Part shown: one piece after another, positions 12,420 to 23,675 of the stretch | Layout of the letters: each line of letters begins with the position of its first letter | How positions within the stretch are numbered: the first letter of the stretch is position 1 | Origin: Mobula birostris | Taxonomy: Eukaryota | Direction of reading: 5' to 3' | NCBI RefSeq assembly: GCF_030028105.1 | Contig: NC_092376.1 | Location: 42,084,935-42,148,934, forward strand | Length of the DNA stretch: 64,000 bases | The notes under the pieces: generated by a model | The model's database searches: none | The model's input: the letters and a program-made list of their open reading frames with translations, nothing else | Told to the model about the DNA's origin: nothing | Program-made: the position numbers and the translations under genes

Positions 12420-12930
12420 CTTTTCAGTCCTTTTCCTCTAAATGACAGCTACACCATGATGCTATTTCCCTTCTGAAGTATAAAAATGTTTCACCATTTG
12501 CTGCCTTTGATTTGCCAGGCTCTGTCCATCTGCTTTCACTGAAGTCTAGTATACGTAGGCTGTAATGACACATTTCTGCAGTTATTGTGCCAGCTTGCCA
12601 CTGTTGTACATGGTTAGTCCATTCCAGAAGACAATTTTGAACTTGATCTTGGCAGTGTTCAGGGCTTCCTTTGGTTTTACTATTGTCAGTCATGCAATTT
12701 CTGGGTGGGGACTCTGAAATACCATCACACACAGATATAGGACCATTCATTGTTGTTTCCTTAACAATTTATTTTGACCAGTCCTGAGCTAACCCCCAAA
12801 CCCAGAGGACCATTCAGTCTGGCCTCTACCCTTTGACCTGTTTGGCATAGGTGAACCTACCAAGACTTAAAGCTCAAGGCCCTGACTCCAGCCAACATAG
12901 CTCTCCAGGTCATGGGGGTCCCTGTTCCCA
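12420..12930 (-). mobile_element. RTE LINE 5' part (endonuclease start and 5'UTR), likely continuation of 6505-8820
   Basis: ORF 12424-12750 (ILDFSESRWT..GETFLY); the UTR segment recurs at about 28470-28690. Confidence 0.7.
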
Positions 12931-13370
12931 ATGAACTCTCCTTAGTTTCTGCCTAATGCTCTCATAATTTGCCCTGATTCAGTTTAATACTTTCTGACAA
13001 GGTCCATCCTCATCCCTATCTATAGCTGCCTTAGAACTTAAGTTGTGGTCACTGTTCCCAAACTGCTCACCCACTGGAAGATCAGTCACCTGGCCAGGCT
13101 CATTACCCAACACCAGATCCAGTACAGCCCCATATTTACACATTGATTTAAGAAACCCACTAGGATGCACAAATTCTGTTCAGTCCACTTGCATGAAGAT
13201 CCCAGTTTATACGAGGCAAGTCCCCCATGACAACAATCCTAATGTTTTTATGCCTTTCTGCATATCTTTTATGTCAATGTCCCAGTGGCTTTTATTTTCT
13301 GGGGGGGGGGGGGGGTGGTGGTGCTGTAATACAATCCCGGAGTAATTGCACCTTTCCCATTTTGAGTTCT
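12930..13370 (-). mobile_element. CR1 endonuclease-region fragment
   Basis: ORF 12979-13170 GAVLDLVLGNEPGQV...GNSDHN. Confidence 0.75.
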
Positions 13371-14311
13371 AGTTCAGTTCAACCATACATATGTATACTG
13401 CCAAATGAAAATGTTCCTCTGGATGAGGTGCACAACACAGTATTAACTCACACATAATACCTGAAGTACTATTACCACATGAAGTAAGAGAATAAGGTGC
13501 ATTTATAACAAGTTAAGAAGTAGGCAGTATATAACACCGCTAGGGCTTCAAACACAATGAGACCTTGGTGGCAGTGAGTTTACTTACGGAAGAGACTATT
13601 TCCCATCCTAACAGTTCTTGTCATAATGCTACAGTACCTCCTGCCTGATAGTGACGAGAGGAAAATCAGGGATGTAAAGAGATGTTGCCTGGATGGGAGG
13701 GATCATTGACCCCTTTAACTTGAAACCATCACCAAATGTCAGTGATAAGGTAACCAGCTGAATCTATTGCTTTGCTTTCTTTGCCGTATTTTCCATTTAA
13801 TTAAACCCAGTACAATATAGTTCCATTTATAAAATTTGAAAATTATTTAATTACTTCATTTAAATTCCTGTTATCAAATATGCCTACAGTTGCCACAAGA
13901 GGCCTTGGACAGCAACATCAACGGGCCTGGTCTCCAGCTAGTGTGCTCACGTGGTACTTGTACATCCATAAACTACAGGAACCCCCAGGTCATGTCGTTT
14001 GGAGTAGGTAGTTTCAGCATCGACTATGGACCAAAGGGCCCATTTCTGTACAGTACTTTTAACAACTAAGTTGCAGATCATCAGGAAATGGGCTTTTATT
14101 CTCCCACAATTACATAAATGTAGGTGTTCTAGCCCTTTGTTCCTGCACCCAATAATGACTGATTAAAATTTTTCATCTTAATTCATAAGAAGCCAGTTGG
14201 AAAATATACTAGAAAGCCGCCAGCAGTAACAGAGCCCCACTTGTAACCGGCCCAGCAAGGTGGAAAGGTGCTAATGAACACACAAAATTAATACAAAATG
14301 AGAGATAGACA

Positions 14312-14317
14312 TTTATT
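14312..14317 (-). terminator. rpl21: rpl21 polyadenylation signal AATAAA
   Basis: AATAAA 14 nt after the stop codon; short 3'UTR typical of ribosomal protein mRNAs. Confidence 0.85.
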
Positions 14318-14331
14318 CAAGTTTATAGCAA

Positions 14332-14421
14332 TTATGCCATGAACTCATATGGAATAGGCTCCAGCAGCTGTGGCATGTTGGCCTTCGTTCGCACAAAGTG
14401 TGCCTTCCTGGGCTCAGCAGG
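14332..14421 (-). CDS. rpl21: 60S ribosomal protein L21 (eL21), exon 6
   Basis: [29 protein letters not shown]; TTTTCAG acceptor; 90 nt; spliced CDS totals 483 nt = 160 aa + stop. Confidence 0.97.
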   Translation of the reverse strand, partial: PAEPRKAHFVRTKANMPQLLEPIPYEFMA

Positions 14422-14934
14422 CTGAAAAGTAGAAAAACAACATTGGTTTCCTGGAATTAATTTTATATTGAGAGTTTAGAATCTAATCCAAACTGAAATC
14501 ATCACATTACCCATAACAAAATTAATATTCCAGGTCACACTGGATTGCTTCAGAAACATTTTCTACATAAGGTTATTATACACACGCAGCTCAAAAAAGT
14601 TATCCAACTCTGTTCCTTACCACCAAAAAATCATGGTATACAAGGTTTGAACATATGCAGGTGTTTCAGTATCAACTTAAACATAAAGCTGTGTGTCACT
14701 GGGCGTGGAGAATGCACTTGCATTTTGACAAAGTAAAATAAATGATGACCAAAACAAAATCTAATGTCCATTGTCGAAGGCCTAATGAAAATAAATTCCT
14801 AACCATCACCCCTTTCAAAGTAAAACCTTTTACTTAGTTTTACACTTTAGTTTAACCTTGCTGGATTGACCGCACAATTCAAAATATCTGTTACAGTGAC
14901 AATTTATGCCTTGAAATAGCAGCGTTATCAATAA

Positions 14935-15295
14935 AATGAAGTGGCCACTTTATTAAGTACCTCCTGTATGTTCCTATATTCTCTGACCTCTCTCATTAAC
15001 AAAGTATTTTTGCCCACAGAACTGCTGTTCAGTGGATTTTTTTTTTTGTTTTCTGCACCACTCTCTGCAAACTCAAGAAACTGCCATTCAAAACCACCCC
15101 TCTAGGCACCAAATTCGTTCCACGGTCAGTCACTTAGATCACATTTCTTTCCCATTCTGATGTTTGATCTGAACAACTGAATCTCTTGACCTTGTCTGCA
15201 TTTAAGCTGCTGCCACACGATTGGCTTTTTTAAGTGCACTTGTGCATTAACAAGCAGATGCACAAGTGCACTTAATAAAGTGGCCACTGAGTGTA
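14935..15295. mobile_element. Tc1-like MITE in rpl21 intron 5
   Basis: TIRs GTGGCCACTTTATTAAGT / ACTTAATAAAGTGGCCACTGAGTG followed by TA. Confidence 0.75.
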
Positions 15296-15383
15296 AATAA
15301 AACTAATTCCAACCATTCAAATATTGATATCCCACTTGTGCTTTGAATGGTCACCTAAAATTTAATTTGCACGGGCATCTTAC

Positions 15384-15534
15384 CTTCCGCTTCAGATCAA
15401 CCCAAGTCCCCTTTTCCTTTGCCTCTTTCTTTGCCAGTTCATTTGCTTTCACACGAAGCAGAAAACTGTCTCTGCTTTTTGAATGTTTAATATGCTCCAC
15501 ACGCACATTAATTCTTTTGGCAAGGATCTTGCCC
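15384..15534 (-). CDS. rpl21: rpl21 exon 5
   Basis: [50 protein letters not shown]; CCTAG acceptor, GTAAG donor; 151 nt. Confidence 0.97.
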
Positions 15535-15919
15535 CTAGGATACAAATCAAAGCAAATGAAACAGAGTGCCACTACAACCAAAACAATTTTAAGATGTGTA
15601 CAATGTTATATGATTGAGCATATTATATACAAGAAACTCTTTAAAGATAAAAGCAACTGCTGGAAGAACAGAACAGTGCATTATAGCGGGGAAGTAAATG
15701 TAAACATTTCAGGTTGAGACATCAACTGAAAACATTGATAATTCTTTCCACCTCTGTAAATGCCGCTCTGATGAATTCTTTCATCAGTTTGCTTTTTTGC
15801 TCCACATTCCATCATCTGCACTCTTATATCTCATTTGTTTAACAGAAAGCTACTCCAAATTTTAACTAGTAGAATGCACTTCAATTATGCAAGTTGCTTC
15901 AACTCTTTAATGCTTTAAG

Positions 15920-16255
15920 CAATGGCTGTAGACTCAAGCCAGTTCTATCATAGGCACAACCCTGCTTGCCAGAGTACACCTTCAGGAGGTGGTGCACACA
16001 TCATTAAAGACCCTCACCACCCGGGACATAACCTCGAGGTGGTACAGGAGCCACAAGACCCACACTCAATTTATTTATTTTTAAAAGAACAGCTTCTACC
16101 CCTCCACAAGTTTCTGAACAGTCAATGAACCCACAAACACTACTTCATTAGGTCTTCATACTACTTGCTTTTGTAAATTTTAACAATTTTGCCTTGCACC
16201 GTACTGCCGCCACAAAACAAATTTCATGACACATGATAGTGATAAGACTGATTCT
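15920..16255 (+). mobile_element. Rex1/Babar 3'-end fragment
   Basis: IIKDPHHPGH remnant and shared tail (ACAAATTTCATGAC...GATTCTG). Confidence 0.65.
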
Positions 16256-16461
16256 GCAGAAACAATGAATAATAACCGATATTTTAGAACTCAATTTACA
16301 GCTACACAAAACAAGTACAATAGTACTAACTGGGCTTATGGCACAGAATTCTTTGCATGTTTTGGACACAACTTAAAATATATTGGGGAAAGCCGAATTT
16401 TGTTTATGTTTTCCCAAGGACAGACCAAAAAGTATCACACGATTCTTCCTGTCAACTTCAT

Positions 16462-16587
16462 AAATGTCCCCTGTGGTAGAAACCAAGTAAAATACAGTAT
16501 ACTTGGGTTTTATAAAAGGATACTTTACTCTACCCCACTTGAATGACCAATGAAGACACATGTCTTATTGGCAAAGTGAAAGGGGCA
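16462..16587 (-). ncRNA. SNORA27: H/ACA snoRNA SNORA27 (ACA27) in rpl21 intron 4
   Basis: TGCCCCTTTCACTTTGCCAAT...ATTGGTCATTCAAGTGGGGT, H box AGAGTA, second hairpin, ACA+3 end; 5' pocket TTCACTTT/CATTCA is complementary to 28S TGAATGTCAAAGTGAA; human SNORA27 is hosted by RPL21. Confidence 0.9.
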
Positions 16588-17851
16588 ACATGAAAGTTTA
16601 CATTTATGCCACAAAATTTAAAATTTATATCTGCGGCAGTTCATCTGTTGAATTCTTCCAGATGCACCACTCACTCCCTTGCTGTCTACATCTTGTTTCT
16701 CACACTTCTCTCCACACACCCCACCTTCTCTCAAGGCTTCCTTTCCTGGGTTCACAATATGGATGACAACAGAGACCATACAACCCTCTCCACCAATCTG
16801 TCAAAGAACTTCACTGGGCACCCAACTGTTCAGATTCTGATGGAACAGCATTTGTCCCATTAGTTCAGAATGAGATCCTGGGGTGCAGGGTGCAAGCTGT
16901 TATGCAGCTAAAGCCCAGATGTGTGCTAAGTATGCAGCCAGAACTAGGGTAGGGATTCAGAGCACCAGTGCCAGGAACATGGGTAGATCTGTAGTTAGAG
17001 CCAGAGAATTTCTATTCCCAAAGCTGAACCGGGAAATTAAAAAAGTAAAAGCACATTTGGGTATTAACAGGAATAATACCCAATCCCAAAAACAATCCAG
17101 CAGTAAAACAAAGGATGCTGAACTACCACAAGTTTTGTTTATTTCCCACAGAACAGTCCACTATTTCTCCAGTCTTTCAGCAGTTTAAAAGAAAGACAGC
17201 ACCAACTTTTACACTTAGCTGCATCTCAGCCAATCCCAATGCCATAATGGATTCGAACCAGTTGCATTATTTTTAAACACTAGGAAAGCCAATCTACTGC
17301 CTAGAAAATTTCAGTGTGACGTCAATATAACTATCACACTACCTCTTACTGAAAAAAAATTGTTTTCTATCTTGTATTCTACTTATTAATCCCAAACATC
17401 AAATCAAAATAATTTCCATCTTTATCAGAAAGACTAAAGTACACATTTACCTGGTTCTGCACCCATTAAAACCCACTTATAGCAGGCAGGAACCCTCAAC
17501 AGATTTCCGTGTCCAGACTTGCATCATTCACTCATCCTTCACTAATCACTTCATCACTAGCCTTATTTTCCTCCCTGCTTTTACATCTCTTCATGGTCCC
17601 AATCTACTCTAACTCCAACACTTCCATCTATATCAAACCACATGCCTGAAAGGGATATACGAACACATGAGATCACAGCCAACTGGTTTCTCCACCCAAC
17701 ATGGTCCTTTAAGGAATGGCCACCCAATTCAGCAAACTTTCACATAGACTGCCAAGTAACTCATGACTTAATGTCAAATCTCTGATCAAACTTCTGTAAT
17801 GTTGAAATGTCTTCCAACGTTGAAATAAAAACACTGAATTTTTAATACTCA

Positions 17852-17965
<114 letters not shown>

Positions 17966-18877
17966 CTAAACAGCAAGGTAGTTTTTTGTTATTTCTGAAG
18001 ATCTATGAAGCAAAATTCAATTAAGGTCCATACAGAAGACAGCTTATACAAATAAAATACATTGCTCAAATCTTTTCATCTGCTTTTCTACATTTAATGG
18101 GGGGGGGGGGCAAAAGATGCTTCTCCATTGTACAGATGAACTAATGTATAACTGTGCTGTAGAATTGGCTTGTAAACAGAATGAAGAGGAAGCAGGGAAT
18201 AAGGAAAGAATTCCGGTTTGCGAGGTTTGTTTACGGGGTGGGGGGGGGGGGAAGAGAGGAGGGAGGGACAGGGGACGATCATCACTAACAGCAAGATTCA
18301 AGAATGCAGCAGCGCCCAGTATTGGTGGAACCCCAGAGCTTTCAGCTGCAGAACTCACAGGATTGGTGGTAAGGAGAATCAAACTTGCAATAAGCAAACA
18401 GCAGCTGCAAATTGAGCAATCCCGCTTAGTAACCCTCAAGGTTTATTTTGTGCAATTAGCCACATGGCCAATATATACATCACAAACCAAGTAAGAATTA
18501 TTCATCTCAGAACCACGTCTCTGGAGACTGGGCTTATCACTGCCATTTGCAATATCTATTAATTTTTAGGAATTGTGACAATTAAAAAGTTGAAATGTGA
18601 ACATTTAGAAAAAAAGGCACAATCTAAATGGAATTTTCAGCACAAAATCATTTAAAGATCATTAACAAGTAAACTCAAACCTCAGAGCAGCATCTGATAC
18701 TTATTAAACTCAGACCTCAAAAACAATTAAGTACATTAATATTTCTTCAAAAATATTTTAAATGCCCTTTTTTCAGGTATAACTCCCAATTAAAAATGTA
18801 GAATTTCTGCACTGAACTAGCTTATTTTACCAGACCCTACCAAGATTCCACTTAACAGCAATAAAGACAATAAATAC

Positions 18878-18939
18878 CTTGATGTCAACAATATCTCCCT
18901 TCTTGTATATACTGAAATAGGTAGACAGGGGGACAGGTC
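18878..18939 (-). CDS. rpl21: rpl21 exon 3
   Basis: (G)PVPLSTYFSIYKKGDIVDIK; TTTTAG acceptor, GTATTT donor; 62 nt. Confidence 0.96.
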
Positions 18940-19029
18940 CTAAAAGACAGAATTTACAACAAATTAAATACACATAGAGGTTACTATAATAAACAATCCA
19001 ATACAACGAAATAACAGTTTCATTTCACC

Positions 19030-19280
19030 ATAGTTAAACGGAATTTCCTAGGTGTCCCCAAACAGCAGATGTAGGATATACTGGCCTGTGGCCATCAAAC
19101 TTTACAACTCCTCCCTTGGAGGGTCAGACATCCTGAGCCAATAGGCTGCTCCTGGACTTATTTAATAATTTACTGGCATAATTTAACTATTTATGGTTCT
19201 ATTACTATTTATTATTTATGGAGCAACTGTAACGAAAACCAATTTCCCCCAGGATTAATAAAGTATGACTATGACTATAT
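19030..19280 (+). mobile_element. Rex1/Babar-type LINE 3' end
   Basis: GCCATCAAACTTTACAACTCC...AATAAAG(TATGAC)n tail. Confidence 0.6.
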
Positions 19281-19334
19281 TTCTGTAGGCATTTCAATGC
19301 CAGTCTTGCAGCACCAGGCGCTAAAACCCAATCT

Positions 19335-19570
19335 CATCTTCATGAAATTGCACGTTTGCTCTGCGTCCCTGGGTTTCTTGCAGGTGTCTAGTCTCCTCCC
19401 AGACCCCAAAAGGCATGCAGGTTGATGGGTTAATTGGCCCCCATGAATCACCCCTAGGGTATACAAGTGGTAAAATACAAGGACAGTTGATGGAAAACAG
19501 AAAATAGCATTAATGGTTGATTGTCAGTCTGGATTCTTGTGGGGCAAACAGCTTATTTTTGTCCTGTAAT
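19335..19570 (+). mobile_element. Degraded HE1/V-SINE
   Basis: V-domain-like CTGGGTTTCTTGCAGGTGTCTAGTCTCCTCCCAGACCCCAAA...GGTTAATTGGCC followed by a CR1-like tail. Confidence 0.6.
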
Positions 19571-20124
19571 TCGCTCCAAGGCAAAATGATTACCGCAGCT
19601 TCCAATTATCAGAACATGTTTGAGAACTGTACACACGGTGTTGCTCAATCGTACTCCAACACAAGTCAGATATGCATAATCAGAATGAGCAAAGAGAGAT
19701 ACACTTCAAGCAAGAACTGAGAGAAAATAAATTTAATGTAGGTAGGTCATGTTTCACTTGAGGGCTAATGGGGAAGTGAAATTCCTACAAAGCATTTTGT
19801 ATTTCAATTTTCTGGACAGCCAGTTGAAAAGAAACTTTTTTTTAAACCTTTAAATCACACCAATTCCACGACAGCAAATTTCATTCTGCATCTTAATATG
19901 TGCATAGCAATTTGTGAATTCTGTAACATTCAATTCCCATTACTAAATGATTAATACAGGACATCAGTGCAACTGCACCTGGAGTACTCCGAACAGTATT
20001 GGACTATGATTGCACTGGAAGCAGTTCAAAAGTGGTTTACTAGACTAGTACGTGGAATGAGCACTTTGACTCACGCGGAAAAGCTGAACACGGTAGGTTC
20101 ACATTTGTTAGTGAGTTCATATAC

Positions 20125-20738
20125 ATGCCTCTCCGAAATGATATTGTATTTGTAAGTAGGATGCCGTGCACAATCCTGATTTGATGGAGACAGACATGAG
20201 AAGCACGGAGGAACATCTGGAGAAACTTCTGAGATGCCCGCTTTGCTGCTGCTGCTGCTACTGTGCGATCCAGAATCTCCAGAGGGGAAGGCCCCAAATC
20301 CTCGGCTTTGCCTATTGCCAGGGTTGAAGGGCTCAGCAGAGATGATGCTCGGTGTCGGAGGCTCGAAGTTTTTCGTCGGACTTAAGAGTCGACTGTGGTT
20401 GGGCGCTTCCAGGGTGCTGCATCGGCAAGTTTGCCGTGCTGGAAGCTCATGGCAGGGAGTTTTTCTTCTTCCTACCGTCTGCGGAGATAATGGGACTTTC
20501 GAGAGACTTTGAGACTTTTTTTTACCATGCCCATGGTCTATTCTTTATCAAATTACGGTATTGATTTGCATTGTTGTAACTATATGTTATAATTATGTGT
20601 TTTTTTGGTCAGTTTTTCAGTCTTGGTTTGTCTTGTGTTTCTGTGATATCATTCTGGAGGAACATTGTATCATTTCTTAATGCATGCATTACTAAATGAC
20701 AATAAAAGAGGACTGTGTGTCCTCATAATCTAATCTAA
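20125..20738 (+). mobile_element. Approx. 600-bp non-coding non-autonomous retroelement (copy 1)
   Basis: Collinear with the reverse-strand copy at 47083-47690; AATAAA and (TAATC)n tail. Confidence 0.8.
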
Positions 20739-21215
20739 GTGAGCTGGTATTTTATTGAAAAAAAAAGACCCCAAGAGTGGACATCGAGAGAATGCTTCCT
20801 ATAGTGCAAGAATCTACAAATAGAATCACTATTTAAGAATAATTGACTGCCTATTTAAAAAACAATGCTAGGCCAACATTTTTTTTTGTAACAGCTGTGT
20901 CTCGGGAACACTTCTTCACACACCTGTGGATACAAAGTTTTTGAAAAGTAAGCCACAGGTAAACAGATACTTCATTAAAGGGGTGAAAGGCTAGTCCAAG
21001 TAGAATCAAACTAAAAATCTTCACAAATGGTGCAGCAGACACAAGGGCCTACTCCTAAATTCTGTGCACACGAATCATCTAATTTTCTATGAAATATTGA
21101 AGGGAATAAGATTTTATTAGTCAATTTCCAGAATATTCATTACCTTTAAACATTCCACTAGGTCGATTTTAAATCAAAATTAACCAAAAACTCTAAAATG
21201 CCAAATGTTCTAGTT

Positions 21216-21289
21216 GCTCTCAGTACCGGTGAAATAATTAGTTCAACTTGCCCCACAGGGCAATCAAAAGAGGTTAATCATCATCGAGC
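21216..21289 (-). ncRNA. SNORD102: C/D box snoRNA SNORD102 (U102) in rpl21 intron 2
   Basis: GCTC-G-ATGATGA...TTTTGATTGCCCTGTGGGGCAA...TATTTCACCGGTA-CTGA-GAGC: terminal stem GCTC/GAGC, C box 21284-21278, D box 21223-21220, guide complementary to 28S GCCGGTGAAATA; human U102 is hosted by RPL21. Confidence 0.9.
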
Positions 21290-21576
21290 ACTAGTTTTTT
21301 TTTGGAATCTACATAATGATATTGTCTACCAAATATAAAATAAAAAAGGGTAATGAATCAGGAATTATTTCATTGGTCTTGAATAAAAAAAATCTTCAAA
21401 TGAGTGAAGGAACACCATGTGGTGTACTTTCGATTTATCTTCCTCTGTTCCCCAACAGTTGATTTCAACTTACAATTGATGTCAGTTTCTGTTTGTCATT
21501 GCATAGCACAAAATAAGAACCTCTGCAACTCAGGTTTTCTCACAAAGCGCTTGATAGAACGATCAGTGGTTGTTTA

Positions 21577-21672
<96 letters not shown>

Positions 21673-22121
21673 TCACTGAAAAATGAATGAACGAGATTTA
21701 ATTCATTGAAACCCCTCGAGAGGTACTGACAAAAAAATACATTTTATACTGAATGGTTTCAACGAGCGAATAAATTAAACGAATCGAGGGAACGTAGTTA
21801 ACCCTAATCAAGGCTAATCTCAGTACTCCATCCTTACCAGCCCGGGTCCCGATGTTTGGCCCGGACGACAGATACCCCCATCGTTACCTCTCCCAAGTTA
21901 ACCCAGGATCGACCATCCCCCCCACCACCCGCCGCCACATGTCTGGGCCTCTGACCCAGTTCTCCAGCGCAGATACCAGCAATCAGGCCGAACCCCGATC
22001 ACCATCAATAGTCCGTCAAATTATAATATTATAAAACTTCATCGAAGCCAAAACCCCCACTTCTTTGCTATTTTTCGACTACTTTATCCTCTTTCAAAGC
22101 CCAGCTCCTGCCGGCCACTAC

Positions 22122-22151
22122 CTGCGAGATGGCGCCGCTCCGCGGAAAGGG
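22122..22151 (-). promoter_or_regulatory. rpl21: rpl21 non-coding exon 1 with 5'TOP initiator and YY1-like motif
   Basis: CCCTTTCCGCGGAGCGGCGCCATCTCGCAG|GTAGTG; oligopyrimidine start, CGCCATCT motif, CpG-rich surroundings. Confidence 0.88.
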
Positions 22152-23149
22152 CAGATGGGGACCTCATACTCCTTACATGGCAACTGGTGGCTGGCCATTC
22201 TCCGCCTGATCAGGAAACCCTATTCATTGGAGACCCTTTTGGTTTGAAATTTAATATTATGTGTGCAAATGCACATAAACCTTTGCTCGTATTTCAACAC
22301 CACATGATTTTTTTAAAAAAACGTCGCAGGATGTGTTTTCAGAATCCAGCTAGTCGGGAGTCACATGACTCGTGGTTGGGGTGGGGTTTGCTTTACTTGT
22401 GCTGAGATGGCTCACTTGGAGATGGGAATACTCAAAGGATTGTGTTCAATATAAAATGCGACTTTTGTGGCCGTGAATAATCTCAGAGTCAGTCTAGGTG
22501 TTTCCTTAACAAGAAATATCTATGAATATTCTCGTTATAGAAGATTTATTTAGTATGAGTGGGCTTGGACTTTACAAAAAAAAACAAAAATCTGAGGTAA
22601 TATTTAATTAATCTACGTGAAATGTACGAAATCAAACTAAATATGAATATAGAACATCCTGTTTCAAGTTCATATTGCAATAGTGAGAGTGCAATCGTGT
22701 GAGTTTTAATGTAACTGAATGATTTCATTGGTTCTTTAGAATCAAAATTCAACTCTGGGTGAGAGAAAGCCCAACTGAGTTCAATATGCTCTTGCAGCTG
22801 CTCACAATGACATACTGTATAACAAAAACAACTTAACTTACACAGACCCTCTGACGTTGAAAAATATCCCAAGGCACTCTGATGAAAGCTAATCAAGCTG
22901 AAATTTTAATTGTTGTTTCTCTCTCCAGAGCTGCTTCCTGGCCTGCTTTGTATTTTCAGCATTTTCTGTTTCATCCCAAGACTCTTAACAGGAATATTAT
23001 CAAAAGTTCACAACCAGCCATATATTAGATCACATGCTAAAAATCTGTCAAAGAGATCGTTTCTTAGGGTATTCTTAAAGGAGGAAAGACAGGTAGATAG
23101 TGTTTGGAAGGAAATTACAGAGCTTGGTCAATTAGGACTTGACTTCTTA

Positions 23150-23675
23150 ACATGAGAACAGTACAACACAGGAAAAGGGCCTTCAACCCACACTGTGTGA
23201 TACAGAATTAATTTAACTAGTAATTAAATGCCCAGCTAAACTACTCCCTTATGCCTGTGCTTTGATCATCTCCTTACATTCTTTGCACATTTGTGTGCCT
23301 ATCCAAGAATCTCTCAAATGCTTCTAACATATTTGTTTCCACTACCAACCCTGGCAGTACATTGCAGACAACGACCTCTCTGTTAAAAACTTGCCCTGCA
23401 CATCTCCTTTGGACCTACCCCTCTCACTTTAAGTGCATGCGCTCTAGTAGACATCTTGATCCAGTGAAAAAGATACCATTTGTCCATTTTATCTATGCCT
23501 CTGATAATCTTATAAACTTCTGTCAGGTCATCACTCGGCCTCCTTCACTACAGAGAAAACAGCCCAAGTTTGTCCAATCTCTCCTTATAACATGTGCCCT
23601 CTGATCCAGGCAGCATCCAAGTAAACTTCTTCTGCACCCTCTCCAATACCTCCACATTCTTTCTATAATGGGAGT
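23150..23675 (-). mobile_element. CR1 LINE 3'-end fragment (old)
   Basis: Reverse complement of CR1 ORF2 end (CCAGGCAGCATCC...CTCTTCTGCACCCTCTCCA-like) and tail. Confidence 0.7.

Noticed and set aside
13299-13316. Poly-G runs (also about 18099, 18240, 35263, 38269) as G-quadruplex elements
   Set aside because: Simple homopolymers, common throughout and prone to length error; no specific support
14499-14505. C box GTGATGA in rpl21 intron 5 (similar ones near 17551 and 18279)
   Set aside because: No properly placed D box with terminal stem and no recognisable rRNA guide
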